From Dehalococcoidia bacterium (GTDB taxonomy: Bacteria; Chloroflexota; Dehalococcoidia; Bin125): a stretch of DNA of 64,000 nt. Below the pieces are notes generated by a model, which was given only the letters and a program-made list of their open reading frames with translations, was not told the origin of the DNA and searched no databases. Both the position numbers and the translations under genes were made by a program. The stretch lies in assembly GCA_965242565.1 (NCBI GenBank), contig OZ251457.1, positions 451,891 through 515,890 of the forward strand. The letters are read 5' to 3'. This document shows positions 28,239-37,716 of this stretch, piece by piece; within the stretch, counting starts at the first letter, position 1, and each line of letters opens with the position of its first letter.

Positions 28239-29260
28239 AACGCTGCCCGCCGCTCGCGCCAGCCGCGCCAGGCGTACATCGCCACCGACGCGGCCACCGC
28301 CACGTTGAGGCTGTCGATCTCGCCGTAGACGGGGAGTTCGACTTGCAGCGCCGCCGCATCGAGGAACGCCTGCGGCAGCCCGTCGCCCTCGTTGCCCGCC
28401 ACGATCAGCGGGCGCTGCGGCCACTCCGCCGACCAGACAGGCTGCGCCTGTCCGCCCTGCTGGAGCGCGACGATCTCGTAACCCTCCGCTTTCGCCCGCT
28501 CAATGCACTCGTGCGGCGTCGCCAGCACCTCCACCGGCAGCCACCAGTCGGCTCCTTTCGTGGAGGGGCGATAGTAGAAATCGCGGCCCACGATCCAGAC
28601 CGCCTCCGCGCCCGCGGCCTCCGCGCTGCGAATCAGCGCGCCCAGATTGACGCCGTAGGAAAAGTTGAACGCCGCGATGGCGAACGAGCGCTCTCGCGCC
28701 GGCCTCTCGCCCGCCGGCGGCGCAAGCCCGAACGGGCGCACCGACGACAGCGCGCGGTCGCCCGCGTCGGGCCCGCGCGCCTCGATCGTCTCAATCGCCC
28801 GCTGCGCCCGCCCGCGCACCGACTCGTCGACATCCTCCGCCAGCCCGCGCAGCAGCGGCAGCGCCGCGGAACCGACCGCGGCCAGCGCGACGCAGGCCGC
28901 CCGCCGCGACGGTTGCGGGGCGTCGCTCAGCGCCGCGCCCAGCTGCCGGCAGACCTCGTCCGGATCCAGACGCGGCAGCAGCGTCATCGCTCGCCGTCGC
29001 GTCCGCCGATGCTCCGAGAGCAGCGCCGGAATCAGCGCCGCCACCGCCTCCGCCGCCGGCGCGAGTTGCAACGCAATCCGCGCCTCCCCGCGCGGGAACC
29101 CGTGCGCGGCGCTCAGCGCCGTCTCGGTAGCCAGCCGCACCCAGCCGTCCTCGCGCCGCTCCGCAGCCCGTCGCACGGCAAGGCCGAGCGCGTGCGCCTC
29201 GGCGTCCGCTGTGTCCAGGGCCGGGATGGCGTCGAGATCGGCGGTCATTCCGTAGATCAT
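28235..29260 (-). CDS. TrmH/SpoU-family RNA 2'-O-methyltransferase with an N-terminal HEAT-like repeat region
   Basis: C-terminal SpoU motifs (IVAGNEGDGLP, GEIDSLNVAVAASVAMY); start MIYGMTADL. Confidence 0.6.
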   Translation of the reverse strand: MIYGMTADLDAIPALDTADAEAHALGLAVRRAAERREDGWVRLATETALSAAHGFPRGEARIALQLAPAAEAVAALIPALLSEHRRTRRRAMTLLPRLDPDEVCRQLGAALSDAPQPSRRAACVALAAVGSAALPLLRGLAEDVDESVRGRAQRAIETIEARGPDAGDRALSSVRPFGLAPPAGERPARERSFAIAAFNFSYGVNLGALIRSAEAAGAEAVWIVGRDFYYRPSTKGADWWLPVEVLATPHECIERAKAEGYEIVALQQGGQAQPVWSAEWPQRPLIVAGNEGDGLPQAFLDAAALQVELPVYGEIDSLNVAVAASVAMYAWRGWRERRAAL

Positions 29261-29295
29261 CGCACGGCTATCCTGAGACGGCGAAAGGATCCCGA

Positions 29296-30192
29296 ATGGC
29301 GAAGCCATTCTCCCTACAGATCTTCCTCCCCTTCGGCGAGCCCGCCGGGCTGCGCATCGTCGACCGCGCCAACTGGACCGGTCAGGGAATCGCGTTCCCG
29401 CGCGGTCGAGTGCAGCAGGCGTTGAAGACCGAGGAGCTGCAACGCACCGGCGTCTACATCCTCTGGAATCGCGATGAGGCGCAGCCCGCACCGCAGGTCT
29501 ACGTTGGCCAGGGTGAGCGGGTCAGTGACCGCATTCGCAGCCACGACCGCGAAAAAGACTTTTGGACCGACGCGGTCGCGTTCACGACCAAAGATGACTC
29601 GCTCAATCGGGCTCACGTGCTGTATCTCGAGTCTCGTCTGATACAGATCGCGGCCGAAGCGGGGCGCTGCACACTGGAGAACGGAACCACGCCCACGCTT
29701 CCGAACATCGGGCAGGCGGCGACCGCCGACACGGAACGGTATCTCGATGATCTACTCGCCTGCCTGCCGATCATCGGGGTGCGTTTCTTCGAAGCCTCCG
29801 TTGCGGCGAGCACCGAGAGCGGTGTCCCCGACGGTGCGATCGAGCTGTTTTTCAAGGACTACAAGGGTTTGGCCGCTCGCGCCTATCAGTCCGCCGACGG
29901 GTTCGTCGTTCTCAAGGGCTCCTACGCCAACGTGAACGAAGTTCCTGCGGTTGCAAAGTTCTTTCCCGGCTACTCAGCTGATCGCCGGCGACTCGTGGAG
30001 CAGGGCATTCTTGTCGAGTCGAAGACCTTGCCCGATGCGTACGAATTCGCCCGCGATTACGAGTTTTCGTCACTCACTCGCGCCGAGACGGTCATCAAGG
30101 GCATGGCAGCAGCTGGGCGAAAAGCGTGGAAAGACAAGGACGGGCGCTCGCTCGTCGATTTGGCCGAACTCGACGCGGAGAGCGGATCATGA
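29296..30192 (+). CDS. GIY-YIG nuclease-domain protein with a DUF4357-like C-terminal domain
   Basis: GVYILWN...QVYVGQGE...R...H resembles the GIY-YIG core. Confidence 0.5.
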   Translation: MAKPFSLQIFLPFGEPAGLRIVDRANWTGQGIAFPRGRVQQALKTEELQRTGVYILWNRDEAQPAPQVYVGQGERVSDRIRSHDREKDFWTDAVAFTTKDDSLNRAHVLYLESRLIQIAAEAGRCTLENGTTPTLPNIGQAATADTERYLDDLLACLPIIGVRFFEASVAASTESGVPDGAIELFFKDYKGLAARAYQSADGFVVLKGSYANVNEVPAVAKFFPGYSADRRRLVEQGILVESKTLPDAYEFARDYEFSSLTRAETVIKGMAAAGRKAWKDKDGRSLVDLAELDAESGS

Positions 30193-30575
30193 CCGTCCGC
30201 GACGTCCAAATCAACGCCGAGCCGATCGACGCCTACGAGGCCGCCTGCGAGGTGCTCGAAGACGCCACCACCCGCGGCGCGTTCAGAGTCGTCCTCGACG
30301 AAGAAGCCCACCGCTACTCCATCGCCTGGCAGACGCGGCTGAGCGGCTCGCGCTACGACTTCCGCTTCGAGCGGCTCGGCGCGACGCTGACCCGCGTCGA
30401 GGTCGAGCTCGACTTCTCCGGCGCCGTCGGCGGGCTGATCCGCCTGCTCCGCGGGCGCGGCAACGGGCCGCACCTCGAACGCATCCTCGACGACATTCGC
30501 CAACTCGCCGAGTCCGAGGAGTTCTATCAGGACGGCGAGGACGACGACGATCCCGAAGACCACGAACCTGTCTGA
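30189..30575 (+). CDS. Hypothetical protein with a highly acidic C-terminus
   Basis: 128 aa; ATGA overlap with the preceding gene; C-terminal DGEDDDDPEDHE. Confidence 0.4.
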   Translation: MTVRDVQINAEPIDAYEAACEVLEDATTRGAFRVVLDEEAHRYSIAWQTRLSGSRYDFRFERLGATLTRVEVELDFSGAVGGLIRLLRGRGNGPHLERILDDIRQLAESEEFYQDGEDDDDPEDHEPV

Positions 30576-30596
30576 CCACACGAACAGGAGAACGCC

Positions 30597-31418
30597 ATGC
30601 AACTCACCGGTCTCGAAAACAAGGTCGCCGTCGTCACCGGCGCAGGACGGATGCGCAGCATCGGACGCCCAATCGCCGTTGAACTGGCCGAGGCGGGCTG
30701 CGACATCGTGCTGACCGGCACCGGGCGCGCGCCCGAACACTACCCCGACGACGAAAAGGCCGCCGGCTGGCGCGATATCCACTCCGTCGCCGCAGAGGTC
30801 GAGGCGGCCGGCCGCCGCGCGCTCGCTGTCGTTTCAGATGTCGCCGACTACGCCGCCGTCGAAGCGCTGCTTCAGCGGACCATCGACGAATTCGGGCGCG
30901 TCGACTTCGTGATCAACAACGCCGGCGCGGCGCGCGGGGCGGACCGCGTGCCCGTCGTTGAGATCGACCCCGAACTCTGGCGCGTCGTCATCGATGTCAA
31001 CCTGACCGGCGCGTTCTACATGAGCCAGGTCTTCGGGCGACGGCTGATCGAGCAGGGCGAGGGCGGCGCGATCATCAACATCTCCTCGATCGCCGGCAAA
31101 ATGCTCGGCCCCAACACCGCCGCCTACGCCGCCTCCAAGGCCGGTTTGCAGGCCCTGACCGCCTCAATGGCGCAGGAGATCGGGCGGCACGGCGTGCGTG
31201 TCAACGCGATCTGCCCGGGCATCATCGACACCTCGCGGATGGACGACCTGGGCCGCGGCGAGACGTGGGAGGGCATGATCCGCACCCGCATCCCGATCGG
31301 GCGCGCCGGCGAGGGCGAGGACATCGCGCACATCACCACCTTCCTCTGTTCCGAGCAGGGTGAGTGGATCACCGGGCAGTCCTACAATGTGGACGGCGGC
31401 ACCTGCGTGCAGCACTAA
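30597..31418 (+). CDS. SDR-family oxidoreductase (FabG-like)
   Basis: TGAGRMRSIG Rossmann motif; YAASK catalytic motif. Confidence 0.85.
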   Translation: MQLTGLENKVAVVTGAGRMRSIGRPIAVELAEAGCDIVLTGTGRAPEHYPDDEKAAGWRDIHSVAAEVEAAGRRALAVVSDVADYAAVEALLQRTIDEFGRVDFVINNAGAARGADRVPVVEIDPELWRVVIDVNLTGAFYMSQVFGRRLIEQGEGGAIINISSIAGKMLGPNTAAYAASKAGLQALTASMAQEIGRHGVRVNAICPGIIDTSRMDDLGRGETWEGMIRTRIPIGRAGEGEDIAHITTFLCSEQGEWITGQSYNVDGGTCVQH

Positions 31419-31468
31419 GCGCGCGCCGGACCGCCGCGCAGCGCGACGAGACAACGAGGGAGACTCGC

Positions 31469-32260
31469 ATGGCCTACGAATTCATCACCTACGAGCAGGA
31501 CGAGCGGATCGTGACGATCACGATCAACCGCCCGGAGCGGATGAACTCGATTCATCCGCCGACCACGGCCGAGCTGGCGGACGCCTGGAACACGTTCGCC
31601 AACGACGACGACGCCTGGATCGCGATCCTCACGGGCGCGGGCACGCGGGCGTTCTCGGCCGGCAACGACCTGAAGTACACCGCCGAGATGTCGCGCGAGG
31701 CCAACCCGCCGCGCTTCGCGCCGGTGGCCGGCGGCTTCGGCGGGATCACCGCCGAGTTCGACTGCCCGAAGCCGATGATCGCCGCGGTCAACGGCTTCGC
31801 GCTGGGCGGCGGCTGCGAGATGGCGATGGCCTGCGACATCATCGTCGCGGCCGAGCACGCCGTGCTCGGCCTGCCCGAGCCCAAAGTCGGCCTGATGGCC
31901 GGCGCGGGCGGCGTCCACCGGATGCCGCGCCACATCCCGCTCAAGATCGCGATGGGCTACATGCTCACCGGCAAGCACGTGCCGGCCGCCGAAGCGCACC
32001 GCTGGGGGCTGGTCAACGAGGTCGTCCCCGCCGAGGAGCTGATGTCCGCCGCCCGCCGCTGGGCGGAGGAAATCCTGCTCTGCGCGCCGATTTCGATCCG
32101 CGCCAGCAAGGAGTCTGCCTACAAGGGCCTCGAACTGCCGCTGCCCGCCGCGCTCACCCACAGCTTCCACCAGCAGCGCCTCATGTCGCAGTCCGAGGAC
32201 CTGATCGAAGGCCCGCGCGCGTTCGCCGAGAAGCGCACCCCCAACTGGAAAGGCCGCTAG
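31469..32260 (+). CDS. Enoyl-CoA hydratase/isomerase family protein
   Basis: ITINRPERMNS...FSAGNDL crotonase signature. Confidence 0.8.
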   Translation: MAYEFITYEQDERIVTITINRPERMNSIHPPTTAELADAWNTFANDDDAWIAILTGAGTRAFSAGNDLKYTAEMSREANPPRFAPVAGGFGGITAEFDCPKPMIAAVNGFALGGGCEMAMACDIIVAAEHAVLGLPEPKVGLMAGAGGVHRMPRHIPLKIAMGYMLTGKHVPAAEAHRWGLVNEVVPAEELMSAARRWAEEILLCAPISIRASKESAYKGLELPLPAALTHSFHQQRLMSQSEDLIEGPRAFAEKRTPNWKGR

Positions 32261-32261
32261 G

Positions 32262-32588
32262 GCGCGTTCCCACAAGCCCGCCTACCATTGGCGCACATAC
32301 AAGTCCCGTCGCGCTGCCCCAGCACACCTTCCCGTCGCACCCCAGCGCACCTTCCCGTCGCACCCCAGCGCACCTTTCCGTCGCGCCCTAGCGCATCGTT
32401 CCGTCGCCCCCGACTCCCTCTCCGTCGCCCCCGACTTGATCGGGGGCCCAAACCCAGCCCTGCTTGCAGCACAGGGGCTCGGCTTCCTGCCGACACCCGT
32501 TCGCAGATCGACTCGGTATGCCGCGCCGCACGGCAGCCGCCGTCTGGATTCTCGCTCAGGGGCGAGAATGACGGAAGTGTGAACACGC
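32262..32588. repeat. MITE-like mosaic repeat (TAGGGCGCGTTCC...CCGTCGCCCCCGACTTGATCGGGGGCCC...GCCGCCGTCTGGATTCTCGCTCAGGGGCGAGAATGACGGAAGTGTGAACACGCCCTA)
   Basis: Both termini match the other copies; fills the whole intergenic space. Confidence 0.55.
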
Positions 32589-32589
32589 C

Positions 32590-33174
32590 CTAATCGGGCG
32601 GTGCCCACGGCGGCGACGCCGACAGCTCCGCCATCAGCCGCGCCGAATCCGGCACATCGTGCCCCAGCTTCTGCCCGTACTCCTCCGCCCACGACGGCGG
32701 CAGCAGTTGCTGTACCTCGTGCCAGCGAATCGGCTGCTCGCCGCTGCAACGCTCCGCCTCGAACACATCCGCCAGCCAGATCGCCATATCCCCCCCGTCC
32801 ATCCGGTTCACCACCCGGCACGCCAGCCAGCCCACCACGCCATCGAGAATCGGCAGCCCCTCCGGTCCCTCGCGCCAGCCCACATCCGCAAACTTGTCCA
32901 CCTCGGTTTGCGAGCGGAAGCCCCAGTGCCGCACCCACTCCCACTGCGCGCGGCTGATCACATGCACCGCGAACCGACCCGACGCCTCAATCAACCCGTT
33001 AGTGTGATTGCGCTTCTGAATCTGCACCAGCAGCCGCGGCTGCGCCGGCACGATCGAGGCGGCGAACGCGCCCACCGCAATCTGCCCGCCGCGATGCTCC
33101 CCGTCGGCGGCCGTCACCACCGTCAGCGGCGACCACAGCAGCGTCAGCAGCGAGGGTGCCTCCTGGATCGTCAT
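32590..33174 (-). CDS. Flavin reductase family protein (NADH:FMN oxidoreductase-like)
   Basis: Flavin_Reduct domain pattern (PLTVVTAADGEHRGGQIAVGAFA...). Confidence 0.7.
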   Translation of the reverse strand: MTIQEAPSLLTLLWSPLTVVTAADGEHRGGQIAVGAFAASIVPAQPRLLVQIQKRNHTNGLIEASGRFAVHVISRAQWEWVRHWGFRSQTEVDKFADVGWREGPEGLPILDGVVGWLACRVVNRMDGGDMAIWLADVFEAERCSGEQPIRWHEVQQLLPPSWAEEYGQKLGHDVPDSARLMAELSASPPWAPPD

Positions 33175-33857
33175 GACTCGCGCAGGCTATCGCGCCGCTC
33201 GCGCCGCCGACGCCACCAGACCCAGCCCAGCGGGACGGCGAAGAACAGCAGCAGACCGCCCGCCGCGCCCGCCAGCAGCCGCCAGTCCCCCACCACGCCC
33301 TCGCCCAGCACCGCCGCGATCCCCAAAATCGGCGCGCTCGCCAGCACCGAGACCACGATGTAGATGCCGAACCGCATCTGCGTCAGCCCCGCCGCATAGG
33401 AGACATAATCCACCCCCGCAATCGGGAACAGCCGCAGCACAATCAGCAGCCGCAGCCCCAGCCGCTCGCCCAATTCGTCCACCTTGTCAACCGCCCCCTG
33501 CGACATCAGCCGCCGCAGCATCGGACGCCCCAGCTTGCGCGCCAGCCAGAAGCAGATCGCCGAACCGATCGCCGTTCCCGTCAGCGTGTAGAGGAAGCCC
33601 AGCGCCCCGCCGAAGACCGTCGCCGCGATGATCGGCGCGGGCGCCGTCGGCACCGGCGCGAACAGCATCGAGCCCGCGAAGAACGCGATGTAGGCGATCG
33701 GCCCCCATGGCCCCAACTGCTCAATCCAGTCCGCGACATCCGTCTCGATCCACTCCTGCAGCTCGTCGCGGAAGAGGATGTAAGGCGTGATCAGCGCCGC
33801 GCCCACGATCAGCGCCGCGACGACCAGCAGGATGATGCGGTTGCGGGTGAGCTCCAC
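33171..33857 (-). CDS. TVP38/TMEM64 (DedA/SNARE-associated) family membrane protein
   Basis: Multi-TM protein with the conserved SNARE_assoc core. Confidence 0.65.
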   Translation of the reverse strand: MELTRNRIILLVVAALIVGAALITPYILFRDELQEWIETDVADWIEQLGPWGPIAYIAFFAGSMLFAPVPTAPAPIIAATVFGGALGFLYTLTGTAIGSAICFWLARKLGRPMLRRLMSQGAVDKVDELGERLGLRLLIVLRLFPIAGVDYVSYAAGLTQMRFGIYIVVSVLASAPILGIAAVLGEGVVGDWRLLAGAAGGLLLFFAVPLGWVWWRRRRERRDSLRES

Positions 33858-33907
33858 GCAGGCGATGGTACGCGCCGTACGCTAATGTCAAACGGGCGGA
33901 GCGAACC

Positions 33908-35257
33908 ATGACCACCAGCATCGACCGCGAGTTCTTCGAGCGGCACCGGACCTCGGCGGAGCGCGCCGCCGAGGCGCGCGAGCTGTTTCCCAGCGGCGTC
34001 ACTCACGATGTGCGCTTTTTCGACCCCTTCGGGCTCTTCATCGACCGCGCCGTCGGCCCGCGCAAGTGGGACGTCGACGGCAACGAGCTGATCGACTACG
34101 TGATGGGCCACGGCGCGCTGCTCTTCGGCCACAGCCACCCCTATCTGGTCGAGGCGGTGCAGCAGCAGGTCGCGCGGGGCACCCATCTGGGCGGCTCCAA
34201 CGACTACGAGGCGCAGTGGGCGCGCGCCATCCAGCGCCTCATGCCCAGCGCCGAAAAAGTCCGCTTTACCTCCTCCGGCACCGAAGCCACGATGATGGCC
34301 GTCCGCCTCGCCCGCGCAGCCACCGGACGCGATCGCCTGCTCCGCCTGCGCAACCACTTCCACGGCTGGAACGACAGCGTGATGGTCGGCGGCCGCACCT
34401 CCGCCGGCCGAATCGGCGACAGCGGACTCTCCCGCGCGATCGGCGAAACCATCGCCGTCTTCGACCAGATAGACCTCCCCGGCATCGCCGACGCGCTCGC
34501 CGCCCGCGACATCGCCGCCGTGATCCTCGAGCCGACCGGCTACTCGTGGGGAACCTGCCCGCTGCCGCCCGAAATCCCCCAGCAACTCCGCGCCCTCACC
34601 GAGCAGTCCGAGACGCTGCTGATCTTCGACGAAGTGGTGACCGGCTTCCGCGCGAGCGAGGGCGGCGCGCAGCAGCGCCTCGGCGTCCGCCCCGACCTCA
34701 CCACACTCGCCAAAATCGCCGCCGGCGGCCTGCCCGGCGGCGCGGTCGTCGGACGCGCCGACCTGATCGACCAGATCGCCTTTGAGGCGGGCGCGGAGCG
34801 CGTCGCCCACCCCGGCACCTTCAACGCTAACCCGCTCAGCGCCGCCGCCGGCGCGCGCGCCCTCGCCGCTGTGGCCGAGGAAAACCCCGTCGGCGTCGCC
34901 GCCGAGCAGGCCAAACGCCTCACCCGCGGCTTCAACGACGCCCTGCGCAGCGCCGAAATTCCCGGCGCGGCCTTCGCCGACATGTCGATGGTGCATATCG
35001 CGCTGGGTACCGACCTCCCCCGCCCCGACGACGGCGTCACTTGGAGCTGGGAGCCGCTCGGCGGCCCGCAGCCCGAGCTCGCACCCACGCCGCCGGCCGT
35101 CGCCTGGCCATTCCGCCGCGCCATGGCCAATCACGGCGTCGACCTGATGGGCATGGGCGCAATCGTCTCCTGCGTCCACAGCGACGCCGAGATCGACGCC
35201 ACCATCAACGCCTTCGCCGCCTCCCTCGCCGACCTCCGCCGCGAACAACTCCTCTAG
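33908..35257 (+). CDS. Class-III (GSA-aminomutase-like) PLP-dependent aminotransferase
   Basis: Class-III aminotransferase layout: GHSHPYLVEAV, TSSGTEATM, DEVVTGFR. Confidence 0.8.
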   Translation: MTTSIDREFFERHRTSAERAAEARELFPSGVTHDVRFFDPFGLFIDRAVGPRKWDVDGNELIDYVMGHGALLFGHSHPYLVEAVQQQVARGTHLGGSNDYEAQWARAIQRLMPSAEKVRFTSSGTEATMMAVRLARAATGRDRLLRLRNHFHGWNDSVMVGGRTSAGRIGDSGLSRAIGETIAVFDQIDLPGIADALAARDIAAVILEPTGYSWGTCPLPPEIPQQLRALTEQSETLLIFDEVVTGFRASEGGAQQRLGVRPDLTTLAKIAAGGLPGGAVVGRADLIDQIAFEAGAERVAHPGTFNANPLSAAAGARALAAVAEENPVGVAAEQAKRLTRGFNDALRSAEIPGAAFADMSMVHIALGTDLPRPDDGVTWSWEPLGGPQPELAPTPPAVAWPFRRAMANHGVDLMGMGAIVSCVHSDAEIDATINAFAASLADLRREQLL

Positions 35258-35660
35258 CCCCCCCTAACACCAACTCGCCCCAACCTGCCAGGCGCACACC
35301 GCTCGTCCAACCCCCAACCGCCCGCCCATTTCTCCTCGTCGTTCCCGCCCCCACCTCCCGTCATTCCCGCCCATTTCTCCTCGTCATTCCCACCCCCACC
35401 TCCTGTCATTCCCGCCCATTTCTCCTCGTCGTTCCCGCCCCCACCTCCCGTCATTCCCACCCCCACCTCCTGTCATTCCCGCCCTCACTCTCCGTCATTC
35501 CCGCCTCCGAGCGGGAATCTGCCGCGAGCCGCCCCTTCCCGGTCATTCCCGCCCCACCCTCCCGTCACACCCGCGCCGAAGAATCCGTCATACCCGCGCT
35601 TGCCGCGGAGCCTGCCCCCGGCCTGAACGGGGGTATCTCGACGAGAGCACCCCCAACCCC
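35258..35660. repeat. MITE-like composite repeat with a 45-bp tandem array (CCATTTCTCCTCGTCGTTCCCGCCCCCACCTCCCGTCATTCCCGC x3-4) and GGGAAT hairpins
   Basis: Direct repeats in the sequence. Confidence 0.6.
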
Positions 35661-35879
35661 CGCGCCCCCCTTGTATGTTGCGACGGCCTTGGGGATGGGA
35701 CCTGAGGCGAAGCGGGGTGCGGCAGGCCGAAGCCCCCTGGGTCCTGACGAGACCGCGACGGAACCTGGGCCGCCGCACCCCATTCCGCACGAGAGTCCGA
35801 ACAATTGAGAGGGCGCGCCGTCCGCAGGCGGCGCAGCCCGCATTGCACAAGGCCGGGCCGGGTGCAGGATAGGGAGAGC

Positions 35880-36434
35880 GGAGCTGACGGAGCAGCGGTT
35901 TATCGGGATCGACGTCTTGAAGTGTTGGCTGGACGCGGCGCTGCGTCCGGGTGGTCGCACCTGGCGGCGGCCAACACCGAGCAGGGCGCGGCGCGGTTGG
36001 CGGTCGAGTTGGCCGCGCTGCGGCTGGCGCTGGTCGTGCTGGAGCCGACCGGCGGGCTGGAGGCGGAGGTCGTCGAGGCGCTGGCCGCCGTCGGCCTGCC
36101 GGCGGCGCTGGTCAATCCCCGCCGGGTGCGCGGCTGCGCCCGGGCGACGGGGCGCTCGGCCAAGGCCGACGCGCTCGACGCGGCGCTGCGGGCGTTGCTC
36201 GTCCGGCGCCGCCAGTTGGTCAAGCTGCTGACCGCGGAGCGCAACCGGCTGCGCCGCGCCGCCGCCGTGGTGCGCGACGGGCTGGCCGCGCACATCGCCT
36301 GGCTGGAGCGGGCGGTCGAGCGGCTCGAGGCCGAGTTACGCGCCGCGCTCGTCGCGTGCATGCGCACATTGCTCACCATCCTCAACGCCGTCCTCCGAGA
36401 CCGCACCCCCTGGCAACCTCCGACCACCGCTTGA
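35880..36434 (+). pseudogene. IS110-family (DEDD) transposase remnant: frameshifted and internally deleted
   Basis: N-terminal GIDVLKCWLDAAL motif in one frame, then ...LVVLEPTGGLEAEVVEALAAVGLPAALVNPRRVRGCARATGRSAKADALDA... in another; the product ends with the typical IS110 C-terminal tail (ILNAVLRDRTPW) after only about 200 aa. Confidence 0.5.
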
Positions 36435-36624
36435 CCCCCATCACAGTTGCTCCGTCGCCCCAGACTTGATCTGGGGCCCATACCCAACGCCGTTCGCAGC
36501 GCGAGGCCTCGGGGTACTCCGCCAACGCAGTGCGCAGGACTTTCCGGCGCTTGCACTGCCAACGGCCGCCGTATGGATTCGCTACGTTCCAATCCGAAGC
36601 AGGACGGCAGTTGGAGGTGTGCGC

Positions 36625-37716
36625 ATGGGACAGCGGTACCGTCAGCTTTCTGAGGCGGAGCGGAAGCGGATCGCCGAGCTACACGGCGCGGGCCGCTCGA
36701 CGCGGCAGATCGCAGCAGCTCTAGATCGCTCGTCATCGACGATTGCGGCGGAGTTGAAGCGCAACGCGCGCAGCGACGGCGGCTACGACCCGGTCTACGC
36801 CCAGGAGCGGACCTGGGCGCGGCGTTTCCGCGGCTCGAAGCTGGACGGCGACGACGCGCTGCGCGAGCGGGTCACGGCGCTGCTCGCGCAGGGCCTCTCG
36901 CCGGAGCAGGCCGCGGGCCGGCTGAACCGCGAAGCGGGCCGCACGCTGGTCTGCCATGAGACGATTTACCAGTTCATCTACGCCCAGGTGCGGCGCACCA
37001 AGGACTACGCCTGGGCGCGGCTGCCGCCCAGCGGGCGCGGGCGCCGCCGCGCGCGCGGACAGCGCCGCCCGCGCGTCGCGCGGGCGGTCGGCGCGATCCG
37101 CCGCCGCCGCCCACTCTCCGAGCGCCCGCGCGAGGCCCAGACCCGCTCCCAACCCGGCCACTGGGAGGCGGATCTGATGCACTTCGGACGCGGCGGCCGC
37201 TCGCTGCTGGTGCTGCAGGAGCGCCGCCGCCGCGCGCTGCTCGCCCTGCCGCTGGCGAGCAAGGCCGCCGCTCCGCTGAGCGAGGCCCTGAGCGGGCTGC
37301 TCGCCGCCCTGCCCGCCCCGCTGCGCCGCAGCGTCGCCTTCGACAACGGGGCCGAGTTCGCCCGCCATTACGAACTGCACGCGCTCGGCGTCGAAACGTT
37401 CTGCTGCGAACCCCACGCGCCCTGGCAGAAGGGCGGCGTGGAGAACGCGATCGGGCGGCTGCGCCGCGTCCTGCCGCGCCGCGCCCAACTCGCCGAGCTG
37501 CCCCGCCAGCTGCTCAACGAGATCCTGCGCGCCGCCGACAACACCCCCCGCAAGTGCCTCGACTTCCAAACCCCAGCCGAAGTGCTCCGTGCCCAACTGT
37601 CCGGCTTGCAACTCGAATCCACATTCCAGCGTGCGCTGGAACGACGGCGCGCAGCGCGAGAACACCAACGCTCCTTGCCCGCTGCGACACCGCGCGTTTG
37701 CGTGAACGCGCCCTAG
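36625..37716 (+). CDS. IS30-family transposase
   Basis: N-terminal HTH (LSEAERKRIAELHGAGRSTRQIA); DDE core (GHWEADLM ... FDNGAEF ... HAPWQKGGVENAIGRLRR); the last codons run into a reverse-oriented MITE terminus (GTGAACGCGCCCTAG). Confidence 0.75.
   Translation: MGQRYRQLSEAERKRIAELHGAGRSTRQIAAALDRSSSTIAAELKRNARSDGGYDPVYAQERTWARRFRGSKLDGDDALRERVTALLAQGLSPEQAAGRLNREAGRTLVCHETIYQFIYAQVRRTKDYAWARLPPSGRGRRRARGQRRPRVARAVGAIRRRRPLSERPREAQTRSQPGHWEADLMHFGRGGRSLLVLQERRRRALLALPLASKAAAPLSEALSGLLAALPAPLRRSVAFDNGAEFARHYELHALGVETFCCEPHAPWQKGGVENAIGRLRRVLPRRAQLAELPRQLLNEILRAADNTPRKCLDFQTPAEVLRAQLSGLQLESTFQRALERRRAAREHQRSLPAATPRVCVNAP

Noticed and set aside
35805-36469. ORFs 35805..36434 and 35951..36469 as intact genes
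   Set aside because: Their IS110-like content is split across two frames and lacks the central catalytic region; called a transposase remnant (pseudogene) instead.
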